Assembly: GCF_000008565.1 (NCBI RefSeq)
Contig: NC_001263.1
Coordinates: forward strand, 705,776-737,775
Direction: 5' to 3'
Source of the DNA: Deinococcus radiodurans R1 = ATCC 13939 = DSM 20539
GTDB taxonomy: Bacteria; Deinococcota; Deinococci; Deinococcales; Deinococcaceae
Length of the DNA: 32,000 bases
Of this stretch, positions 21,262 through 28,575 are shown one piece after another (within the stretch, counting starts at the first letter, position 1; each line of letters begins with the position of its first letter). The position numbers were made by a program, and so were the translations under genes. The notes under the pieces are model-generated. The model was not told where the DNA came from. It was given only the letters and a program-made list of their open reading frames with translations, and searched no databases.

Positions 21262-22001
21262 AGTTGGGGAGGACGGGGCGGAATGCCGCCGGGCAGCAGG
21301 ACTTTTTGCATTTCATTCCACTGCTCGTTGGCGGTGTCGTAATCCTCGGGGCGCCCGATGTCGAGCCAGTAGCCGCCGAAGAGGTCGCTGCGTGGGCGCT
21401 CGCCCGCCGCGAGCAGGTCGAGCATCAGCGTGTCGAAGCCGAGCACCTGCCCCGGCTGGTAGCGGCCCAGGGTGCTTTTCGTCATGCCGTACACGCCCAT
21501 GCTGACCTGAAAGGGCACGGCGGGCTTTTCGCGGAAGGCGACGATGTGTTCGCCCGAGTCGTCCACGTCGAGCACGCCGAATTCGCTGCGAATCTCGCGG
21601 TGGTAGGTCGAAACCGTCAGCGGGTCGCCGCTCGCCATATGGCCGCGCAAAAAAGCGCCGTAATTGAGGTCGGTGAGCACGTCGCCGTTCATGATCAGGA
21701 AGTGCTCGGGCAGCCAGGGCAGCACGTTGAGCACCGGGCCGATGGTGCCGAGCGGCGTTTCTTCCTCGGTGTAGTCGATGTCGAGCCCGTACTGCCGCCC
21801 GTTGCCGACAAAGGCGCGGATGAGGTGGCTGAGGTGCCCCACCGCCAGCGTGACGCGGGTAAACCCGAACGACTTGAGCTGGTGAAGCACAATTTCCAGA
21901 ATCGAGAGTTCGCCGCCGATGGGCACGAGGGGCTTGGGAACGCGGGTGGTGTAGGGACGCAGGCGGGTGCCTTGGCCTCCGGCGAGGATGACGGCGTGCA
22001 T
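21258..22001 (-). CDS. Sugar-1-phosphate nucleotidyltransferase (NTP_transferase family)
   Basis: MHAVILAGGQGTRLRPYTTRVPKPLVPIGG is the canonical signature. The ATG at 22001 is preceded by gaaggagg. The ORF-track start at 22106 is an over-extension into the upstream gene. Confidence 0.88.
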   Translation of the reverse strand: MHAVILAGGQGTRLRPYTTRVPKPLVPIGGELSILEIVLHQLKSFGFTRVTLAVGHLSHLIRAFVGNGRQYGLDIDYTEEETPLGTIGPVLNVLPWLPEHFLIMNGDVLTDLNYGAFLRGHMASGDPLTVSTYHREIRSEFGVLDVDDSGEHIVAFREKPAVPFQVSMGVYGMTKSTLGRYQPGQVLGFDTLMLDLLAAGERPRSDLFGGYWLDIGRPEDYDTANEQWNEMQKVLLPGGIPPRPPQL

Positions 22002-22048
22002 GGGGCCTCCTTCAAAACGTAGGAATGTGACGAGCGGGGGGAGGGGGC

Positions 22049-23083
22049 TCAGATGGTGTACTGGTCCACCCGGTAACGGGCGAGGTTGCCAGCGTCGGTG
22101 AACCACTCGGCGGTGCGCTTCAGCCCCTCTTCGAGCGTCACCTGCGGCTGCCAGCCGGTCAGCGTCTGCAACTCGCGGTGGTCGGCGAGCAGGCGCATGA
22201 CTTCGCTGCCCTCGGGGCGCAGGCGCTCGTCTTCCTGCTTGACCTCTACGTCCTTGCCCATGACCTGCGCGATGAGTTTCACGGTGTCGCCCACACTGAT
22301 TTCGCGGCCCGAGCCGGCGTTGAGGGTGCGCCCGAGGACTTCCGGCCCCGCCTCGCCCACCGCACGAAAGGCGCGGGCGGTGTCGGCCACGTAGTTGAAG
22401 TCGCGGGTGGGGCGCAGGTCACCGAGCTTGATTTCGGTGCGCCCGGCGGCGAGCTGTGAGATGATCGTCGGAATGACCGCGCGGGCCGACTGGCGCGGGC
22501 CGTAGGTGTTGAAAGGCCGCAGCGTGACCACCGGCAGCCCGAAGCTGAGGAAATAGCTCTCGGCGAGCTTGTCGGCGCCGATTTTGGTGGCCGAGTAGGG
22601 CGACTGCCCTTGCAGCGGGTGCGACTCGTGGATGGGCACGCTGCGGGCGGTGCCGTAGACCTCGGAGGTCGAGGTGTGAATCACGCGCCCGGTGCCGAGG
22701 TCACGGGCGGCTTCGAGCACGTTCAGGGTGCCGGTGATGTTCGTCTCCACATACGAGCGCGGCGCGACGTAGGAGTAGGGAATGGCGATCAGCGCGGCGA
22801 GGTGGTACACGGTCTGCACGTCCCGCATCAGCGCCCGCACGCTGCCCGCGTCGCGCACGTCGCCGAGCTGCACTTCGACGTGTTCCATCACTTCGCCCGG
22901 CACGGTGTCGAGCCAGCCGTAGCTGCCCTGCGAGTTGTAGATCGCCATCGCCCGCACGCGGTAGCCCGCCCGCACGAGGTCTTCGGTGAGGTGCGAGCCG
23001 ATAAAGCCGTCGGCGCCGGTCACGGCCACCAGGGGGCGGGAGGTGCTGGAAGTGCTGGAGGCAGAAAGGTCAGTCTGGTTCAT
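22049..23083 (-). CDS. NDP-sugar dehydratase/epimerase (extended SDR)
   Basis: 344 aa. VTGADGFIGSHL, STSEVYG and YSATK. ATGA overlap with the upstream membrane-protein stop. Confidence 0.85.
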   Translation of the reverse strand: MNQTDLSASSTSSTSRPLVAVTGADGFIGSHLTEDLVRAGYRVRAMAIYNSQGSYGWLDTVPGEVMEHVEVQLGDVRDAGSVRALMRDVQTVYHLAALIAIPYSYVAPRSYVETNITGTLNVLEAARDLGTGRVIHTSTSEVYGTARSVPIHESHPLQGQSPYSATKIGADKLAESYFLSFGLPVVTLRPFNTYGPRQSARAVIPTIISQLAAGRTEIKLGDLRPTRDFNYVADTARAFRAVGEAGPEVLGRTLNAGSGREISVGDTVKLIAQVMGKDVEVKQEDERLRPEGSEVMRLLADHRELQTLTGWQPQVTLEEGLKRTAEWFTDAGNLARYRVDQYTI

Positions 23084-24564
23084 CGGTAACTCCGGAGGTC
23101 ATAGAGGGTGAACAGGGTAAGCGGCAGCAGGGCGAAGGCGGCGAAGAGCGAAAGCGCGGGCGGCGAGACACCCAGGGTCAGCAGCAGGCAAAAGCCCAGC
23201 CAGAAGGCGAGCAGCCAGCGCTCGCGCCGCTGGTTGGCAAGCCAGGTGCTCAGCAGCAGCGCGGCGCCGAAGGCCGACACCGTGACCAGGGCGGCGCGGC
23301 TCAGGTCGCTGAAGGGCAGGTCGCCAAGGGTGCCGGGGCCCGCCGCGCCAGCAGGAGCTGGGGTGCCGATGCCCAGCCAGCCGGCGGCCAACCAGCGCAC
23401 GGCGCTGAGCAGCGCGAGCAGGCTGAGCAGCCCCAGCCCGTAGACCAGCGCCGTGCCCAGCACCCGCGCCGCGCCCCGGCGCACCAGCAGGGTGAAACTG
23501 CCCTGCTGCCGGGCCACGTATTGCAGGCCCTGCTGCGCGTTCCACACCCCGGCTTCGAGCAGCCCGGCGCTGAGCACCAGCGGCAGCATGGTCCAGCCGC
23601 CCAGCCGCAGGCTCAGCCCCGCAAAGGCGGCGGCCAGCGCCCAGCCGTAAGCCGCCAGCCCCAGGCCGGGGCGCAGGGTGACAAACCGGGCGGGCAGTTC
23701 GCCGCCGTCGCGGGTGGCCCGCAGCGCGAGCAGCACCGGAAAGACGGCCAGGGCCGCGAGCGCCGCCACTGCCAGTCCCGTGCTCGGCAGCACATACAGC
23801 ATCCCGCCGAGCAGCAGCGCGGGCGCAAAGGCCCCGGCCACCTGCCCGCGTTCGCCCAGCGCCAGCATCACCCCGGCGGCGGCTCCGGCGAGGGCCACCG
23901 CGCCGCCCATCGCCGTGCCCCACAGCAGCGAGGTGGTCCACAGCCCGCTGCCGGGCCACAGCAGGGCGCTCAGGGCGCCGCCCAGCAGGCCGCAGGCGCC
24001 GCCCACCCACAGCGTCAGCCGCAGCGCCCGCCCCGGCGTCCCGAGCGGTTCGGCGTAGCGCACGCTGGCGATCAGTAGCGAGTAGCCCCAGCCGAAAGCC
24101 GCCGCGAACACGAAAGCCCGTCCGGTGACCGGGGGCGTGGCCTGTGCGATCAGCAGGCCGCACAGCCCCGGCAGCAGGTAGAGCGGCCCGCGCTGCGCGA
24201 GCTCCCAGGGAAAGCGGGGCCGCGCCTCACGCCGGGGCCGTTCCAGGGCGCGCCCGGTGCCGCGCTGCGCGTAGAGCCACTCGGCGGCGGCAAACAGCCC
24301 CCCGGCGCCGTAGCGGTCGCGCAGGCTCTCGTCGTTCAGGCCGTCGGCTTCGAGGTAGGCGGCGATTTCCAGCGCGTCCACCGCCCGCTCGCGGTCCGGG
24401 CGCAGCGTCAGGTCCACCTCGCGCAGCTTGTCAGGCAGCGGCAATTCGGCCAGGGCATCGGGGCGCGGCTCTCCTGCCGGGTCCGGCGCGCGTCCAGTGA
24501 GCACGTCGAAACCGGTCAGCGTGCCAGTGGGCGAGCCGGAGGACGTGGGAGGGCCTTTCACCAC
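23080..24564 (-). CDS. Polytopic inner-membrane protein with a soluble N-terminal domain of about 125 aa (occupies the PelG position)
   Basis: 494 aa. After a charged N-terminal domain there are about 10-11 Ala/Leu/Gly-rich hydrophobic segments. The GTG start lies 11 nt after the glycosyltransferase stop. No family motif was recognised by eye. Confidence 0.6.
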   Translation of the reverse strand: MVKGPPTSSGSPTGTLTGFDVLTGRAPDPAGEPRPDALAELPLPDKLREVDLTLRPDRERAVDALEIAAYLEADGLNDESLRDRYGAGGLFAAAEWLYAQRGTGRALERPRREARPRFPWELAQRGPLYLLPGLCGLLIAQATPPVTGRAFVFAAAFGWGYSLLIASVRYAEPLGTPGRALRLTLWVGGACGLLGGALSALLWPGSGLWTTSLLWGTAMGGAVALAGAAAGVMLALGERGQVAGAFAPALLLGGMLYVLPSTGLAVAALAALAVFPVLLALRATRDGGELPARFVTLRPGLGLAAYGWALAAAFAGLSLRLGGWTMLPLVLSAGLLEAGVWNAQQGLQYVARQQGSFTLLVRRGAARVLGTALVYGLGLLSLLALLSAVRWLAAGWLGIGTPAPAGAAGPGTLGDLPFSDLSRAALVTVSAFGAALLLSTWLANQRRERWLLAFWLGFCLLLTLGVSPPALSLFAAFALLPLTLFTLYDLRSYR

Positions 24565-24574
24565 AGCTCCCCCC

Positions 24575-26113
24575 TCACCACAGCTCGCCCGGTCCCTGTG
24601 AAGGCGAAAGTCGGGCGGCGCGGGCCACCGGGTAAGCGCGGCGGTAGGCGTCGAGGCAGCCGTCGAGGGTAAACAGGTCCATGACGCGGGCGCGGGCCGC
24701 CTGCCCGAGTTGCTGGCGCAGCGCCGGGTCGTCGAGCAGTTTGGTGAGCGCGTTCGCCACCCCGAGCGCGTCGCGGGGCCGCACGATGAGTCCGGCGTCG
24801 CCCACCGCCTCCGGCACGCCGCCCACCCGCGTGGCGACGGGGGGCCGGCCCATTGCCATCGCCTCGATCACCGTGTAGGGAAAGCCCTCGCTCACGCTGG
24901 TCAGCGCCACCACCTGCCCGGCGCGGTAGGCGTCGGTGATGTCGTCCACCCGGCCCTCGAACTTCACGTGCTCGTCGAGGTTCAGCCCCGCTGCCACCTG
25001 CCGGCAGTGCTGCTCGTAGCCCTCGTTGCCGACGGGCGTGCCGCCGAACAGCCGCAGGCGGGCGTCGGGGCGGCGGCGGCGCACGAGGTCGAAGGCGCGA
25101 ATCAGGGTTTCGAGGTCCTTCAGGGGATCCACCCGGCCCACCCAGCTCACCACCGGCCCTTCCGGTTCCGATTCGGCGGGCGGAAAGATATTGGGGTCAA
25201 TGCCGTTGTAGACGCACTGAATGCGGTCTGGGTCGGCGCCCAGCCGTTCTTCCCAGCGGCGGTTGTAGTGCGAGCCGGGCAGCACCAGCGCCGCGTTTTG
25301 GTAGGCCACCGAGCACAGCAGGCGGTAAAAGCGCAGCAGCATGGTCTTGTACCCCGGCGCGTGCCGCCCCCGCCGGAACTCGATGTAGCGCTCGCGCAGG
25401 TAGATGCCGTGCTCTGTCAGGACGAAGGGCGTGCCGCGCTGCCACAGCCCATGTAGCGCCAGCATCGCCGCGAAGCCGTTGCTCACCGCGTGCCCCACGT
25501 CGGCCTCGGGGGGCACGGCGGTCAGGGGCCGCAGGGCGTGTTCGAGCCAGATCTGCACGTCGAGCGCCTCGGCCACCGTCGGGCGCGGTAAGCGGGGGCT
25601 GAGGCGGTCACGCTGGGCAGCGAGGGTCTGCGCCTCGCGGTCCCAGAGGTTGAGGGTGAGCTGCGCGGCCCGCGCACTGTCGAGCGCCGGGGTCAGGCTG
25701 CCGCGCTGGCCGAGGTCACTCAGGCGCCGCAGCGCCACGCTGAAGGTGGGCACGTCGAGCCGGCACAGCCCGGTGAGCAGCGTCTCGTAGGCGGTCAGCA
25801 CCTCACCCGCAAAGGCCCGGCGGTGGGCCTGCTGCCACAGCCGCCCGCCCGCGCCGCCGGGAGGTGGCCCCCACAGCGGCACCTGCTCGACCTGCACGTT
25901 GCCGGGCACCTCCAGCGCCATGCGGGTAAACGGCAGCCCGGCAATCGCCTGCACCGCGAACTGGTGGTCGCTCAGCCCGCGCACCAGTTGGTCCACCCAC
26001 ACGCTCACGCCGCCGTGCGCCTGCGGGTAGGTGCCCTCGGTGTACAGCGCGATGCGGGTCGCCGCGCGGGCGGGGAGCGCCGGGGATGAATTGGAAGTCA
26101 GGGGCAGAGTCAT
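24575..26113 (-). CDS. PelF-like glycosyltransferase (DUF3492 N-domain + GT4)
   Basis: 512 aa from the ATG at 26113. IALYTEGTYPQAHGGVSVWVDQLVRGLSDHQF matches the PelF/DUF3492 N-terminal signature as I recall it. The C-terminal GT4 part has VSWVGRVDPLKD, LTSVSEGFPYTVIEAMAMGRPPVAT (EX7E). The 111 codons upstream in the track ORF are Arg/Pro/Ser-rich junk. Confidence 0.85.
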   Translation of the reverse strand: MTLPLTSNSSPALPARAATRIALYTEGTYPQAHGGVSVWVDQLVRGLSDHQFAVQAIAGLPFTRMALEVPGNVQVEQVPLWGPPPGGAGGRLWQQAHRRAFAGEVLTAYETLLTGLCRLDVPTFSVALRRLSDLGQRGSLTPALDSARAAQLTLNLWDREAQTLAAQRDRLSPRLPRPTVAEALDVQIWLEHALRPLTAVPPEADVGHAVSNGFAAMLALHGLWQRGTPFVLTEHGIYLRERYIEFRRGRHAPGYKTMLLRFYRLLCSVAYQNAALVLPGSHYNRRWEERLGADPDRIQCVYNGIDPNIFPPAESEPEGPVVSWVGRVDPLKDLETLIRAFDLVRRRRPDARLRLFGGTPVGNEGYEQHCRQVAAGLNLDEHVKFEGRVDDITDAYRAGQVVALTSVSEGFPYTVIEAMAMGRPPVATRVGGVPEAVGDAGLIVRPRDALGVANALTKLLDDPALRQQLGQAARARVMDLFTLDGCLDAYRRAYPVARAARLSPSQGPGELW

Positions 26114-26278
26114 GGTCAGGTCCAGCGGGGGAGGAAAGGAGAGGCGGGGCGAGGACCGGTAGCGGTTGGAGAGCAGCGCAGCGCCGTGGGGACACCTCGG
26201 CGGACGGCCTCCGGAAAGGAGACGACACCAGGTTGGACCCAGGTTAGAAGAGCGCGTCGCGGGCAGGCGCCGAACGCC

Positions 26279-26300
26279 AATGTTAAAAACTTTACATCTT
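26279..26300 (-). promoter_or_regulatory. AT-rich island with an imperfect palindrome; candidate promoter/operator of the polysaccharide operon
   Basis: aatgttaaaaactttacatctt is the only AT-rich patch in several kb. ATGT(T)AAA / TTTACAT arms. About 170-185 nt upstream of the GT start. Confidence 0.25.
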
Positions 26301-26366
26301 GAGGGGGGTCGGGTGGCCTGTTTCTCTGGACGCTTGCGCGGCGGCGGGTGTCGTTGGGCCTGTCGC

Positions 26367-27167
26367 TCAGGGCTCGGAGTCTGCCTCGTACTTGTCGTCG
26401 AGGTACTGGCCGTGAGCCCGCAGCGCCCGCTGGCCGGCCTGGGCACGCTCGCGGGTCACGGCGGCCATGCGCGTTTCGATGCGGGCGAGTTGGCCGAGCA
26501 GTTCCTCGTCCTGCCGCGCGCCGCTCGGCAGTGCCTGATAAGCGGCGAGCAGGTCGGGCAGGTCCTCGCGCGCCGCTTGCTGGGCGTCGAAAGCGGCGCG
26601 GGAGAGGGTCGTTTCTCCGGCAGTCGCCCTTAGCGCGTCACGGGTGGCGATGACGGTGGCGTGCAGCGCGGGTCGGGTCGCCGGTGGCAAAGCCCGCTCG
26701 TGCTCGCGCAGCAGCGTGAGCAGGGCGCCTTCCTCGGGCGACGTGGTAACGGCAGGAACACTCAGCGGAGCGCGCAGCAGTCCCGCCGCTCGCCAGCCGG
26801 TCCACAGCAGGCCGAGCAGCCCCAGCAGCAGCGCCGCGCCGAGCAGCCACCCCGCCGGCGCGCTGCCGTTCGCCACGCCGATGCCGAGCACGACCAGCAG
26901 CGGCAGCAGCACCAGGGCGCCCAGGCCCGCCAGCGCGAGCAGCACCGCCAACCCGACCCCGCGCCGCGCCACCTGCTGTCCCTGCTCTTTGCGCCGTTGC
27001 CAGCGGGCCGCGCTCGACTCCGCTCTGGTCCACTCCGCTTTGGCCCAGGGGTCGCGGGGGTCCTCGGCGGTCTGGGGCCGCAACAATTCCCGCAGCGCCG
27101 GCGCTCCTATGGAAGAAAGCGCGGCGTTGCGAGAGTCGGTGGGCGGTGCGGGCGGTCGTGAAGCCAT
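26367..27167 (-). CDS. Hypothetical membrane protein (two TM segments + C-terminal helical domain; XpaC-like topology?)
   Basis: 266 aa. Two adjacent hydrophobic helices (GLAVLLALAGLGALVLLPLLVVLGIG, WLLGAALLLGLLGLLWTGW), then an Ala/Arg/Leu-rich helical region. The start is 3 nt after the mug stop. Confidence 0.6.
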   Translation of the reverse strand: MASRPPAPPTDSRNAALSSIGAPALRELLRPQTAEDPRDPWAKAEWTRAESSAARWQRRKEQGQQVARRGVGLAVLLALAGLGALVLLPLLVVLGIGVANGSAPAGWLLGAALLLGLLGLLWTGWRAAGLLRAPLSVPAVTTSPEEGALLTLLREHERALPPATRPALHATVIATRDALRATAGETTLSRAAFDAQQAAREDLPDLLAAYQALPSGARQDEELLGQLARIETRMAAVTRERAQAGQRALRAHGQYLDDKYEADSEP

Positions 27168-27170
27168 CGC

Positions 27171-27770
27171 CTACAGTACGGGGGTTTCCGGGGATGGGTT
27201 CCCGGCCTCGGCGGCCCCGCGCAGTTCGCGCACCCGGTCACCGAGCGCCTGCCAGGGCTCCAGCCGGAAGTGGTTGTGGCCCAGCGGACTCGTCGAGGGC
27301 AGCACCCACAGCTCGGTTTCCGCCGGCCAGTCGAGCGGCTGCGGCTGCGGGCCGTAGGGCAGCTTGCCGGTGGGCACGCCGAGCGTCTCGGAGGCGCCGC
27401 GCTTGCTGGTAAACGCCACGATGCGCGGGCGGTAATGCTCCACTTTGCGGCGCAGTTCGTCGGGGCGCCACGCCTCGCCGGGGAGTGCGGCGTCCACCCC
27501 GCTGTGGCGCTTGGCGACATCGGTCAGGCCGAGGCCGTACTGCGGCAGCGTCGCGTACTCCTGCGGTACGAGTTGCCGGGGCGTGAGGCCCACCGCATGC
27601 AGCGTGCGCCAGAACTTGTTTTCTGGGTTGGCGTAGTACGCCCGCGCCCGCGCACTGATGCCGCTCGGGGCGGTGCCGACGAGCACCAGCGTCAGCCCCG
27701 GTTGCAGCACGTCGGGCACGAGGTATTCACCGCTGCCAGTCAGGTCGGGCACGTCATGCGGCGCAGTCAT
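27171..27770 (-). CDS. mug: Mismatch-specific uracil-DNA glycosylase (UDG family 2, MUG)
   Basis: 199 aa. LTLVLVGTAPSGISARARAYYANPENKFW parallels the E. coli Mug block GINPGLSS..FAHPANRFW. LGLTD.. and VLPSTSPL are also present. Confidence 0.85.
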   Translation of the reverse strand: MTAPHDVPDLTGSGEYLVPDVLQPGLTLVLVGTAPSGISARARAYYANPENKFWRTLHAVGLTPRQLVPQEYATLPQYGLGLTDVAKRHSGVDAALPGEAWRPDELRRKVEHYRPRIVAFTSKRGASETLGVPTGKLPYGPQPQPLDWPAETELWVLPSTSPLGHNHFRLEPWQALGDRVRELRGAAEAGNPSPETPVL

Positions 27771-27776
27771 TGTCCC

Positions 27777-28373
27777 TCAATCATCGTCATAGCGCTGCTC
27801 TTGAAAAGGGTCGCCGCGCATGTGGTAGCCGTTTTTCTCCCAGAAGCCGGGCGCGTCGGCGGCCATGAACTCCAGTTCGGTGAGCCACTTGGCCGACTTC
27901 CAGAAATACAGGTGCGGCACGACCAGCCGCAGCGGGCCACCGTGCTCGGCGGCGAGCGGCTGCCCGTCGAAGGTGTGCGCCAGCAGGTTCTCGGGCCGGG
28001 CGAAGTCTTCAAGGGACAGGTTGGTCGTGTAACCGCCCACACTGCGCTGCATGACGTGGGTGGCGCGCGGGTCCACGTCGAGCACCGCCAGCAGGTCGGT
28101 CACCCGCACGCCGGTCCAGGTCGTGTCGAGCTTGCTCCAGTGGGTCACGCAGTGGATGTCGTAGGTCAAGGTGGTCTGCGGCAGCGCCAGCAGGTCGGCC
28201 CAGCCGAAGGTGCGCGCCCCCGCCAGCCCGCTGATGCGGAGCTGCACGTCCTGCGGCGCGTAGTGCTGCGCCGGGCCGTAGGTCAGCACCGGAAAACGGG
28301 TGGTCAGCGTTTGACCGGGTGGAATGCGCCCGCCCATGTCGTCCGCCGGTTTCTTGAAAAACTTGCCGAGCAT
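27777..28373 (-). CDS. Molybdopterin-dependent oxidoreductase (sulfite-oxidase-fold, short form)
   Basis: 198 aa. HCVTHWSKLDTTWTGVRV, GYTTNLSLEDF, GGPLRLVVPHLYFWKSAKWL and GFWEKNGYH match the SUOX/YedY-family Moco domain. Confidence 0.8.
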   Translation of the reverse strand: MLGKFFKKPADDMGGRIPPGQTLTTRFPVLTYGPAQHYAPQDVQLRISGLAGARTFGWADLLALPQTTLTYDIHCVTHWSKLDTTWTGVRVTDLLAVLDVDPRATHVMQRSVGGYTTNLSLEDFARPENLLAHTFDGQPLAAEHGGPLRLVVPHLYFWKSAKWLTELEFMAADAPGFWEKNGYHMRGDPFQEQRYDDD

Positions 28374-28471
28374 CCCTCCACTAAACCGCCCACAAGCGGC
28401 GGCGGGATGAAGCGGGGGCAGGGGAGAGGGTTAATCCGGCGGCCCTGCCCCACACTGCCTGGGTAAAGCTC

Positions 28472-28512
28472 ATACGGGTCTGAACTCTCCTTCGCGCCGT
28501 CCAGACCCGTAT
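28472..28512. repeat. Perfect 11-bp inverted repeat (hairpin) in the pepA / Mo-oxidoreductase intergenic region
   Basis: atacgggtctg (28472-28482) and cagacccgtat (28502-28512), separated by 19 nt. Confidence 0.7.
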
Positions 28513-28534
28513 TTTCTCTGACTCACTCCGTTTG

Positions 28535-28566
28535 GAAAAAGAGCTCGCATAAGCAAACTCTTTTTC
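28535..28566 (-). terminator. Probable (bidirectional-type) terminator after pepA
   Basis: Minus strand: GAAAAAGAG tttgcttatgcgag CTCTTTTTC, a 9-bp stem starting 9 nt after the pepA stop, with a T-rich 3' arm. Confidence 0.55.
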
Positions 28567-28575
28567 AGAGTGGGA

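Noticed and set aside
26114-26300. Looked for a c-di-GMP riboswitch (GEMM-like conserved segments) in the leader of the polysaccharide operon.
   Set aside because: I could not recognise any of the conserved GEMM segments. A covariance-model scan would be needed to exclude it formally.
26114-26446. N-terminal 111-codon extension of the glycosyltransferase ORF (track start 26446).
   Set aside because: The extension is Arg/Pro/Ser/Thr-rich with no GT similarity. The conserved PelF-like N-terminus begins right after the ATG at 26113. The extension would also overlap the upstream gene's 3' end.
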